A stretch of 55,471 bases of DNA, taken from an uncultured Candidatus Saccharibacteria bacterium. GTDB lineage: Bacteria > Patescibacteriota > Saccharimonadia > Saccharimonadales > CAZPPF01. The notes beneath the pieces are model-generated. The model did no database searches and was not told the origin of the DNA. It saw only the letters and a list, made by a program, of their open reading frames with translations. Below are positions 6,608 to 14,792 of the stretch, piece by piece. Within the stretch, counting starts at the first letter, position 1, and the number at the start of each line of letters is the position of its first letter. The stretch is taken from the NCBI GenBank assembly GCA_964588395.1, contig CAZPPF010000003.1, positions 1-55,471 on the forward strand. Direction: 5' to 3'. The position numbers and the translations under genes were made by a program.

Positions 6608-9158
6608 ATCGACCGTGCTCAGCTGACATTTTCGCCAGTTGTTCGTGAGCAGCAGCAAGCTGAGATTTGGTTTGCTCCACCACTGCTTTAGGGGCACCTT
6701 TGACGTAGGACTTATTACTCAAACGATCCTCGAGTTGTTTAACCAACTTGGTTTGTTCAGCGATTTTTACCTGCAATTGCTGGCTAAAGCGCTCAATAGT
6801 TTCGTGATCAATATCTAACCAGGCCTGATGGTCGGTATTAACCAGGCGTAGCCCATAACCATCGTCAACCTCACCGACATCGATTACCCGCGATAACTGC
6901 TTAATGAGCGCAGCATTTTCAGCAATAAAGGGTGCCTTGTTGTAGTATAGGCGAGTTCCGTGCTGGTGCAGTGCTGTCAGCAGATAGCGAATCTCGCTCA
7001 CAACCGCCTTGATCTCTTCAAATGTTTCTGCCTCAGCTTGATTGCCACCGGCTGGCTCTGGCCACGATTCAGTTATAAGCAGACTATCACTTTTTAGATC
7101 CAGAGTTTGCCAAATGGCTTCGGTTACAAACGGTGCAAAGGGATGAGCAAGTTTGAGAATGGTTTCGAGCACATAAGCGAGTTGTGGCTTGTTAGGCTCG
7201 GTTTTGGAGGCCTCAATGTACCAGTCTGCCACATCATCCCAGACGGCGTGGTAAAGCGTTTCATAAGCTTCTGCAAAGCGGTAATTATCTAAATCTGAAG
7301 AGAGCGTCTCTGTTAAATGTTGTAATTTAGTCAATATCCAGTGATCGGCTGGTGTTTTGGGATTCGGCTTGCCAGCGTGAGAGTAATCATCACCAAGCTT
7401 GTCTTCGATAAAGCGTGCAATGTTCCAAAGTTTGTTGGCAAAATTACGAGCTTCCTCAACTCTTCGTTGATCATACCCACGATTTATAGCCGGTGCTCGT
7501 CCCGCAATAATGCCCATTCTCAGGGCATCTGAGCCATATTTTTCAATCACGGGCATAGGGTCTACGGTGTTTCCAACTGACTTGCTCATTTTGGAACCAT
7601 CTTCAGCCATAACATAGCCGTGAATGTAGACTGCCTTAAATGGCACCCGGCCAGTTACGTACAAGCCAAGCATAATCATACGAGAAACCCACGGGTATAA
7701 TATCTCTCCGCCCGTTTCCATGAGGCTGAGCGGATAAAACTGCTTAGCGTCTTGCCCGCTGGGATAATCAAGCGTGGCGTACGGCCAGGAGCTGCTTGAA
7801 AACCAGGTGTCAAACACGTCTGGGTCACGGCGGTAATGTTTGCCACCCACCTCAATTATTTCTTCCCCTACCCTATCGTCGTAAATCCAATCTTCAGGAT
7901 CATCGAGGTTTTGAAAGGCTGGAATAGGGATACCCCAGGCAATCTGGCGGCTAATATTCCAATCGCGTAATCCCTCTAGGTAGCGGACCAACTGATCTTG
8001 TTTGGTATCTGGATAAAATAGAATATGGTTGGCTTTGAGCTCCTTGATGGCTTCTTTGGCGAGCGGTTGCATGTCCACAAACCATTGTTCACGGAGCAAG
8101 GGCTGAATGACGTTACCACACTTATAACAGTGACCAACGTTATGCATATGATCCTCAGTTTTGACCAAAAGCCCCTGCTCTTCCAGGTCTTTGACGACTT
8201 GATCACGGGCGACTTCTACACTTAAGCCACGATAGGCTTCTGGTACCTCATGGGTCATTTTGCCCTCGTGATCAATCACTGAGATCATAGGCAAGTCATG
8301 GCGCTTGGCAACCTCAAAGTCGTTTGGGTCATGGGCTGGGGTAATTTTCACTGCTCCGGTTCCAAAATCCATGTCCACCATTTCATCAGCCAAAATGGGT
8401 ATTTCGCGCTGTGTCAGGGGTAATTTGGCTGTTTTTCCGAGAAATTGCTTATAACGTACGTCTTTTGGATTGACCGCCACAGCGGTATCGCCAAGCAATG
8501 TTTCTGGTCTCGTAGTGGCGACTACAATTTCTCCGCTGCCATCAGTCAAAGGATAGCGGATGTGCCATAAATGACCCGATTCTTCCTTATATTCGACCTC
8601 GATATCGGCAAAGGCGGTGCCATGGAACGTACAGAAGTTTACGAGGCGTTCACCCCTATAGATAAGCCCTTCGTTCCACATTTTCTTAAACGTGCTATAG
8701 GCTTGTTTGACGATCTTGTCATCCAAAGTAAACGTATAGCGACTCCAGTCAGCACTGGCGCCCATGCGTCGCAATTGAGTTTCGAAACCACCCCTGTTGT
8801 CAGCAACAAACTTCCAGATTTGGGCATAGAGCTCTTCCCTACTAAAGTCAAACCGACTTTTCCCTTCTTTGGCCAAGTGCTTTTCATATACCACTTGCGT
8901 TTCAAAGCCAGCGTGATCAGCTCCTGGTAATAAAAGTGCCGCCTCCCCTTTCATGCGGTGGTAACGGACAGGAATATCTTCTAAGACCGCCGTTAGTTCA
9001 TAGCCAATATGGAGATTGGCATTAGCGTTGGGCGGCGGCATAACAATGCTATAACTACCAGCACCGCGGGATTTCGGCTTAAATGCCTCACTTTTTTCCC
9101 ACAAAGCGTAGATATCTTCCTCATATTCAGCTGGTTCATAAGCTTTCGGTAATTTCAT
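6597..9158 (-). CDS. valS: Valine--tRNA ligase
   Basis: Class I signatures PPPNANANLHIGY and SKMSKSVGN, plus a C-terminal coiled coil. The start is set at the ATG at 9158 (MKLPKAYEPAEYE), preceded by GGAG. Confidence 0.95.
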   Translation of the reverse strand: MKLPKAYEPAEYEEDIYALWEKSEAFKPKSRGAGSYSIVMPPPNANANLHIGYELTAVLEDIPVRYHRMKGEAALLLPGADHAGFETQVVYEKHLAKEGKSRFDFSREELYAQIWKFVADNRGGFETQLRRMGASADWSRYTFTLDDKIVKQAYSTFKKMWNEGLIYRGERLVNFCTFHGTAFADIEVEYKEESGHLWHIRYPLTDGSGEIVVATTRPETLLGDTAVAVNPKDVRYKQFLGKTAKLPLTQREIPILADEMVDMDFGTGAVKITPAHDPNDFEVAKRHDLPMISVIDHEGKMTHEVPEAYRGLSVEVARDQVVKDLEEQGLLVKTEDHMHNVGHCYKCGNVIQPLLREQWFVDMQPLAKEAIKELKANHILFYPDTKQDQLVRYLEGLRDWNISRQIAWGIPIPAFQNLDDPEDWIYDDRVGEEIIEVGGKHYRRDPDVFDTWFSSSSWPYATLDYPSGQDAKQFYPLSLMETGGEILYPWVSRMIMLGLYVTGRVPFKAVYIHGYVMAEDGSKMSKSVGNTVDPMPVIEKYGSDALRMGIIAGRAPAINRGYDQRRVEEARNFANKLWNIARFIEDKLGDDYSHAGKPNPKTPADHWILTKLQHLTETLSSDLDNYRFAEAYETLYHAVWDDVADWYIEASKTEPNKPQLAYVLETILKLAHPFAPFVTEAIWQTLDLKSDSLLITESWPEPAGGNQAEAETFEEIKAVVSEIRYLLTALHQHGTRLYYNKAPFIAENAALIKQLSRVIDVGEVDDGYGLRLVNTDHQAWLDIDHETIERFSQQLQVKIAEQTKLVKQLEDRLSNKSYVKGAPKAVVEQTKSQLAAAHEQLAKMSAEHGRFKG

Positions 9159-9408
9159 AACAACTCCGTTATCATACCACCTCTTAAACATTTATAAAAT
9201 AACAGAGGTGAATTCACATGAAAGAAAGACATTAAAAACCAAGGTTTTTGCTTTCAAAACCCACATTTCTAACGTCTTAACTGGCTTGTGTTTCATGGAG
9301 GCAACCCGCCCAAAAGGGCGGATTACCGGTTTTTGTTTTCATAGCTAGAATAACCACTACCGCTCGCTTAGGCAATATTGACATAAGAGGAAATATATTG
9401 CAGAGTAA

Positions 9409-10470
9409 CTACATTGACAGATTGGGCTTGGTCTCCAAAGCGTATGGGTCAGCCGATGGTTGCTTGTGGATAGCTTTGTAGCAGCCGAGTGTGGCAATCA
9501 TAGCCCCGTTGTCGGTACATAATTTAACGTCTGTATAGGCGATAGGCAAGGGAAGCCTCTCTGTTAATTGACGCCTGAGCTCCTGATTAGCTGCCACCCC
9601 ACCTGCGATCACGACCGAGGTCGGTCGAAACTCTTTATAAGCTTCAAAAGTCTTGTCCACGACGGTTTCAACCGCTACGTGTTGGAAGCTGGCGGCAATG
9701 TCTGCCCGCTGAGCGTTATTTAGAAGGGCAGGCAGCTCGTAGCTAGGAAAATCGTAACCTTTACCACACATCGCTTGAACCTGCCTTAAAACGGCTGTTT
9801 TGAGCCCAGAAAAGCTAAAGTCGTACTTCTCAGCCATTTTAGCCTTGGGCAAGGCCAATGCTTTAGGCTCGCCCTCTGTAGCCACTTTGGCAATACTTGG
9901 CCCGCCGGGGTAGGGGAGTCCAATAATTTTAGCGACCTTATCGAAGGCTTCACCAATGGCGTCATCTTGCGTCTGACCAAGTAAGGTGTAATCAAAATGA
10001 TCGCGAAACAGGACGAGCTGGCTGTGGCCGCCAGAGACAACTAAGGCCAGCATGGGAAACTTGGGTTGGTTTTTAGGGAGTGAGTAACTCGGTAGGGAAG
10101 TCTCGGTGAGGAAGTTGACATAGATGTGTCCCTCGACATGATTAATAGCATAGAGCGGCTTCTCTTGGGTAATTGCTAAGGTGCGAGCTGCCAAAACTCC
10201 AATCAGCAGGGAACCACCGAGTCCTGCACCGTAGGTTACGGCAATACCGTCGATATTATTCCACGAACAGTTGGCATCACTCAAAGCTTGCTCAATAACA
10301 GGGGTAATCGACTCAATATGGCTACGTGCAGCAATTTCGGGCACCACACCGCCATATTTGGCATGCAGGTCCAAGCTGGTGGCCGTTACCACACTCAAAA
10401 GCTGCTGGCCGTCCTCGACCACCGCAGCCGAAGTCTCATCACAGCTGGTTTCGATTCCCAAAATTCTCAT
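9409..10470 (-). CDS. tsaD: tRNA N6-adenosine threonylcarbamoyltransferase (Kae1/TsaD family)
   Basis: MRILGIETSCDETSAAVV..., HVEGH metal site, ...VVSGGHSQL..., GVAANQELR. Confidence 0.95.
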   Translation of the reverse strand: MRILGIETSCDETSAAVVEDGQQLLSVVTATSLDLHAKYGGVVPEIAARSHIESITPVIEQALSDANCSWNNIDGIAVTYGAGLGGSLLIGVLAARTLAITQEKPLYAINHVEGHIYVNFLTETSLPSYSLPKNQPKFPMLALVVSGGHSQLVLFRDHFDYTLLGQTQDDAIGEAFDKVAKIIGLPYPGGPSIAKVATEGEPKALALPKAKMAEKYDFSFSGLKTAVLRQVQAMCGKGYDFPSYELPALLNNAQRADIAASFQHVAVETVVDKTFEAYKEFRPTSVVIAGGVAANQELRRQLTERLPLPIAYTDVKLCTDNGAMIATLGCYKAIHKQPSADPYALETKPNLSM

Positions 10471-10477
10471 CCGTTAC

Positions 10478-10485
10478 AGTATACT
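10478..10485. promoter_or_regulatory. Palindromic -10 box AGTATACT shared by divergent tsaD and the murE-like gene
   Basis: The whole intergenic region is 22 nt. TATACT reads on both strands (10480-10485 on +, 10483-10478 on -). Each copy is exactly 7 nt from its ATG (10493 and 10470), and there is no SD on either side. Confidence 0.45.
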
Positions 10486-10492
10486 TTAGTCA

Positions 10493-11788
10493 ATGGGTTT
10501 TCGAACTGTAGTCAAGAAGTTTATTCCCTCCGGGCTTTTCCCGGCCATTGAGCCATATGGCCACTTGGTTGAAGCTGTTATATTCAATACGCTGAATGGT
10601 TTTCCAGGCCGTAAGTTCAAGGTCATTGGAGTTACGGGCACCAATGGCAAGACAACAACCAGTTTTCTGATTCATAAAATGTTGCACGAGGCTGGCTATA
10701 AAGTTGGGCTGATGACTACGGTGGCCTATGGGGCAGGGGACACCATTAAACCGCAAATGGAACATATGACTAGTGTGCCGGTGCCGCAGCTCATGAAACG
10801 CCTCAAGTGGATGAAAAGCCAGGGTGTCGAGTGGTTAGTACTAGAAACCACCAGTCAGGCCTTGGCTCAAAACCGGGTGTGGGGTGTGCCCTACAGTGTG
10901 GCTGTCATGACCAATGTCACCCATGAGCATTTGGACTATCACAAGACATTCGAGAATTATCGTGATGCCAAAAAGAAGCTGTTCGAACTGGCCAATAAGA
11001 ATAAAAAAGGCCTCCAAACTGGCATAATCAATGTCGAAGATCCTAGTGCCGAACTGTTTGCGGCCGCAATAAAAAAACCTGTGCTCTATGGTATTGGGAA
11101 GGGAGACCTAAAAGCCAACAACGTGCAGCTCACCGCCTCGGGCAGTACCTACCAGGCCACTATTAGCACCGATAGCTATGACATTACCTGCCATTTGCCC
11201 GGTAGTTTTAACGTTTACAACTCTCTGGCCGTTATTGGCGTTGGCCGAGCGCTTGGCCTCACCAAAGAGCAGATCGAAACTGGCATTGCTGCCCTTAAAA
11301 ATGTCGAAGGCCGTATGACGACCATAAATGAAGGCCAGGACTTTGAGGTAATCGTGGATTATGCCCACACACCAGATAGCTTTGAAAAACTGTTCAAAGA
11401 CCTCAAGCCAGTGGTCAAAGGTAAGCTGATTGTGATGTTTGGCAGTGCCGGTCGGCGTGACGAAGCCAAACGACCAGTCCAGGGCGAACTAGCCGGCCAA
11501 TATGCTGATGAAGTAGTGATAACAGAGGAAGATGACCGCGATATTGATGGCCAACAAATTATGGACGAAATTGCAGCTGGAGCCGAAAAAGCTGGCAAAA
11601 CCCGTGACAAAGATTTATTTCTAGTTCACGACCGTACAGAAGCTATTAACTTTACTGTGAAACGGGCAGGGAAGGACGACACAGTCCTCTTACTCGGTAA
11701 AGGACACGAGAAAACGATTGAACGAGCTGACGGCGAGCACCCCTGGGATGAGATTGGTACCGCTCACCAGGCACTGAAAACTACCTAA
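10493..11788 (+). CDS. Mur ligase family protein, MurE-like (UDP-MurNAc-tripeptide synthetase)
   Basis: P-loop VIGVTGTNGKTTT, then TNVTHEHLDYH and DYAHTP. At 431 aa it is shorter than typical MurE. The amino-acid specificity motif reads EEDDRD rather than DNPR, so the substrate is uncertain. Confidence 0.8.
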   Translation: MGFRTVVKKFIPSGLFPAIEPYGHLVEAVIFNTLNGFPGRKFKVIGVTGTNGKTTTSFLIHKMLHEAGYKVGLMTTVAYGAGDTIKPQMEHMTSVPVPQLMKRLKWMKSQGVEWLVLETTSQALAQNRVWGVPYSVAVMTNVTHEHLDYHKTFENYRDAKKKLFELANKNKKGLQTGIINVEDPSAELFAAAIKKPVLYGIGKGDLKANNVQLTASGSTYQATISTDSYDITCHLPGSFNVYNSLAVIGVGRALGLTKEQIETGIAALKNVEGRMTTINEGQDFEVIVDYAHTPDSFEKLFKDLKPVVKGKLIVMFGSAGRRDEAKRPVQGELAGQYADEVVITEEDDRDIDGQQIMDEIAAGAEKAGKTRDKDLFLVHDRTEAINFTVKRAGKDDTVLLLGKGHEKTIERADGEHPWDEIGTAHQALKTT

Positions 11789-12063
11789 AGCTCTTCGGGG
11801 CAAAGCTTCTCTCCATCTTGACCCATAGCAGTCGCTGAGAAGCTGGTGTAGCCTGGGTCAAACTGAAACACGATATCAGTATTGTCATTTGAAACTGCAG
11901 AAATAACAGGGCGTCCATCTTCGATATGCTCTACCTTGGTAATCTTTGTAAGAGATGTTGAGCCAATACAAAGTGGTAGGTCAGGCTGACCTACTTTATT
12001 AAACAGAAGCTCAACGGCCTGGTCGCCGCGCATACCACACAAATCAATTGACTTTTCTGCCAT
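11785..12063 (-). CDS. Hypothetical protein (92 aa)
   Basis: ATG ORF with protein-like composition. It overlaps the murE-like stop by 4 nt in a convergent arrangement. No recognisable domain. Confidence 0.5.
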   Translation of the reverse strand: MAEKSIDLCGMRGDQAVELLFNKVGQPDLPLCIGSTSLTKITKVEHIEDGRPVISAVSNDNTDIVFQFDPGYTSFSATAMGQDGEKLCPEEL

Positions 12064-12114
12064 TATGTAGTAGTATATCAGTAGTTGTCATAAAAATAAA
12101 CACTAAAACTAACC

Positions 12115-13128
12115 ATGACTCAAGCAGAACAACCTCTAACACCTATGCAGCGACCACACGTAGTTACGCATGAGCGTCGCCCTGAAGAAACCGAAGTATT
12201 CTATGCGCGCAGTCTTGAAGATCCACTGGTTGTAGCCTTTGGAGACCAAAGCGATAGACAGCGTTTAGCAAGACTGGCATCAATGGGACTTCACGAGAGT
12301 ATTGGGAGTCACCAAGTTAGCAATGCAATAGATTTTGCCACCGATTATGCGTATCGGGCCTTTGGCATAGCTGATATACAACACGTTACCAAAGCAACCA
12401 ATTTTGCCGGTAACACCATTGAAAGAGAGCTGAAAACCAACGAACAGCTAACACCACTACAAAGAATGAAGCTTCAATCTCGACAATTGGACGTTATGAG
12501 TCTTCAGGTCTTTGGCCAGTACCATAGTGGCAAAGAAGCCCGCTCAGCCGATCAGAATAAAAAGGCTCTAACGCTGCTTGAAGCGTCTGCCAAAGATGTG
12601 ATTATAAGGGGGGCAGAAGCGCTCAAAACTGCTCAAAAAGTACACGAGGACTCAGGCGATCAAAAAATGCAGAGTGATATTAGGGGCTTAATGTTTGAGC
12701 AGCTGTTTATTACTTATCAACGCTTAAACGTGTATGAGCAGGAGCGTTATGATGAAACCGTGGTACTTGGGGCTACCGTTTTTGAAGACAATGCAGCTCG
12801 TAGCTATGAGCCCAAAAACCATAATTACGATGTGTTGGCCATGAATGCAGACGGTTCCACCGGAGAAGTTGTGCAGTGTAAGAATGCACAGGATGGCAAA
12901 CAGTACGAAAAACCTATTCGTAAAATTCAGGGACATAACTTTATTAGATTTGTTAGTAACCCCGATAAGTTTATTAGCGCTATTTCTCGATTAGCTAACA
13001 ATAGTGCCGGGGTGAGCGAACGACAGCTACAAGAAGACCAGGCACTATTAGACGACTTGTTTGAAGCAGAAAAAATCAATACTAATCCTATGCACCAGGT
13101 AGGCGAACTCGCCACCCTAAACAGTTAA
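12115..13128 (+). CDS. Hypothetical protein (337 aa), possibly with a PD-(D/E)xK-like C-terminal core
   Basis: Long ORF with an ATG start. The C-terminal segment ...FEDNAARSY...NYDVLAMNADGSTGEVVQCKNAQ has D...(E/Q)xK-like spacing. This is only a weak motif-level match. Confidence 0.6.
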   Translation: MTQAEQPLTPMQRPHVVTHERRPEETEVFYARSLEDPLVVAFGDQSDRQRLARLASMGLHESIGSHQVSNAIDFATDYAYRAFGIADIQHVTKATNFAGNTIERELKTNEQLTPLQRMKLQSRQLDVMSLQVFGQYHSGKEARSADQNKKALTLLEASAKDVIIRGAEALKTAQKVHEDSGDQKMQSDIRGLMFEQLFITYQRLNVYEQERYDETVVLGATVFEDNAARSYEPKNHNYDVLAMNADGSTGEVVQCKNAQDGKQYEKPIRKIQGHNFIRFVSNPDKFISAISRLANNSAGVSERQLQEDQALLDDLFEAEKINTNPMHQVGELATLNS

Positions 13129-13132
13129 AAAA

Positions 13133-14002
13133 CTACTGGTTGTCTAGGGTAAGCGAGGTACAGCGGATGTAGCCACCGCCCTTGCCGAGTTCGTTTACTT
13201 CAGGGGTAATGGTTTTGAGGCCGTGGGCTTCTAGCTGAGCCTTGAGCTTTGGCGCTCGAGCACTCATTACTACTGTTTCGCCAGTTGATACTAAGTTGCA
13301 GGCAAAGCCTTGGGTAGCTTCCTTACGCGTGACACGAATTTTTTCAATCGGCAATTTATCAAGTAGTTCACGGCTTTTTGGTACAAAGACACTCGGGCAA
13401 TAGGCAATTAAATCTTCGCGGATAACTGCTAGGGCTAGGTCTATGTCGTAATAGTAACTGTCTGGCCAGCCGGTTTCGTTATTAACCACTCTTTTTCCAA
13501 ATCCAAAGAGCGTGCGTTTGGGGATGGTTTGCAGGCCGATTACTTCATAGTCCAACAGCTCTTGGATGAGGGGCCAAGCTCTGATGCTCGTCCGATAGTT
13601 ACTACCCACAAATACGCGGTTGCCACAGGGCAGAGCATCGCCCTGACCGCTAAAGCGAATACCTTCAGGCAGGCGCAAAATGGTTTTACCTTGTTCGCGC
13701 AGGACTGATTCGGCATATGGTGTTTCGGCCTGGCGTTTGTTGGGGAGTGCCGACAGAAGGGCTTTATTGCCGCGGCATAGTGCCCAATTGGCGGTGTAGA
13801 CACCGTCCTGACAGTCTTTTGGCGCCGGAACCTTAATGACGCGAACCCCTGCTGATTCCAGAGCAGCTTGAATAGACCGATGTTCTTCAATAGCCTTTTC
13901 AACATTGACCGGAATATTTGAGTTCATGTAGGCATTAATTGCAAATTGATCGCTGAAATATTCGGCACCGGACATCAAAACCGTGGCGTTTATTTGTGGC
14001 AT
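13133..14002 (-). CDS. Amidinotransferase / DDAH-like enzyme (guanidino-group-modifying superfamily)
   Basis: The C-terminal GKGGGYIRCTSLTL is the catalytic-Cys signature of this superfamily. The start is set at the ATG at 14002 (MPQINATVLMSG), with TACAAT (14016-14011) 8 nt upstream. Confidence 0.75.
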   Translation of the reverse strand: MPQINATVLMSGAEYFSDQFAINAYMNSNIPVNVEKAIEEHRSIQAALESAGVRVIKVPAPKDCQDGVYTANWALCRGNKALLSALPNKRQAETPYAESVLREQGKTILRLPEGIRFSGQGDALPCGNRVFVGSNYRTSIRAWPLIQELLDYEVIGLQTIPKRTLFGFGKRVVNNETGWPDSYYYDIDLALAVIREDLIAYCPSVFVPKSRELLDKLPIEKIRVTRKEATQGFACNLVSTGETVVMSARAPKLKAQLEAHGLKTITPEVNELGKGGGYIRCTSLTLDNQ

Positions 14003-14183
14003 TATGGTCCATTGTACGACTGACGTGTTCCTAGCGCTAGCTGTTTGACAAAGCCTATACCTGGGGAGTAAAATTGCTTGCAAGTTAACCCTACATATGG
14101 TGGGAAAAGTTTTTATACAAAAACGGTTAACTACAAATACACGCGACAGTTGGTTTTCCGCGTTCTAAATAGAGCCAACGTAC

Positions 14184-14590
14184 GTTGAGATGATGATCCA
14201 ATAGAAGTGAATAAGAATCAAAAGATTGGTTCCTCTTCACTTCTATTGGAATAGAGAAAGGAACTATAACCTAGTCAATCCTTGCATTGGGGGACGCCAT
14301 GAAAATGGAAGAAGCCAGGAAGCTGGACGTTCGGATGCCTTCGGAGCGTTGGGGCAGCCGCCGCAAGTCACCTCACATGACGTGGACAGCAAGCCAAATT
14401 CAACTGCCGGACAGCACCAGGAGGTAGGGCTGCACAGCCAGCAACTCGTCAAAGGAGGTGCAACCAAGGTAGGCCTTGACTGAACAACCTCATTCGCGGC
14501 ATGGCAGCAGGCTGGGATATGGACTCTGTGGGTTCCCAACTCATTCTTCATATCCCAGCCTCGCCGTCCTTCTCTACTCATCATCTCAAC
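14184..14590 (+). ncRNA. Candidate large structured RNA of about 407 nt, class unknown
   Basis: Closing helix 14184-14196/14578-14590 (13 bp). Stacked hairpin 14197-14211/14236-14250 (15 bp). Helix 14252-14262/14567-14576 (10 bp plus a bulge). Hairpin 14509-14521/14549-14561 (13 bp). There is a GAAA tetraloop hairpin at 14297-14308 on the + strand only, and a terminator about 25 nt downstream. The region has no credible CDS. Confidence 0.4.
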
Positions 14591-14606
14591 TCTCACTCAC
14601 GCTTAT

Positions 14607-14637
14607 AAATAAAACACCCCAAGTAGGGGTGTTTTTA
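14607..14637. terminator. Bidirectional intrinsic terminator
   Basis: ACACCCC (14614-14620) pairs with GGGGTGT (14626-14632) around a 5-nt loop. It is flanked by AAATAAAA upstream and TTTT downstream, so it reads as stem plus U-tract on both strands. It sits between the + strand RNA candidate and the convergent 138-aa gene. Confidence 0.6.
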
Positions 14638-14722
14638 GTATCTAAAGGGTGGAAAGTCGGGCTTAGAAAATTGATGGGGAGGGGCGGAGCGACGGCTCGA
14701 CGCGTGTCCTCAGACCAATATT

Positions 14723-14783
14723 CCAAGCCCGTTGCCCGGATGGGGGTTTGCACTTCGTTGTGCCTACTCCCATCCGGGCTTGG
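14723..14783. other. Nested GC-rich stem-loop 10 nt beyond the stop of the 138-aa gene
   Basis: Outer stem CCAAGCCC (14723-14730) / GGGCTTGG (14776-14783). Inner stem GGATGGGGG (14738-14746) / CTCCCATCC (14767-14775). The inner stem contains one G-T pair that is a wobble only on the + strand. A third copy of CGGGCTT at 14658-14664 could compete for AAGCCCG. Confidence 0.4.
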
Positions 14784-14792
14784 TCCTACGAG

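Noticed and set aside
9192-9408. T-box riboswitch upstream of valS
   Set aside because: On the - strand I find no AGGGTGGTACCGCG-like T-box sequence, no specifier-loop arrangement and no terminator/antiterminator pair with a U-tract.
14184-14590. Whether the structured element is RNase P RNA, tmRNA, 6S, SRP RNA, a group I/II intron or a retron msr-msd
   Set aside because: There is no GAGGAAAGUCC / ACAGAA(C)CCGGCUUA P4 pair. There is no tRNA-like GGUUCGA T-arm, no ACCA-ending acceptor and no tag ORF. It lacks the SRP GGAA/AGCAGC domain IV, a GUGYG 5' end and a domain V consensus. No reverse transcriptase gene lies anywhere in the window. It therefore stays unassigned rather than called as a known class.
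14184-14590. MITE or IS remnant, because the 13-bp termini are perfect inverted repeats
   Set aside because: The flanks (GTAC on the left, TCTC on the right) show no target-site duplication. There is no second copy in the window and no transposase. This is kept only as the alternative hypothesis in the finding.
14641-14680. GGAAAGTCGGGC as the P4 strand of RNase P RNA
   Set aside because: It is only a partial match with one C missing. There is no matching 3' P4 strand (CCGGCUUA), and the roughly 150 nt available before the next CDS is too short for an RNase P RNA.
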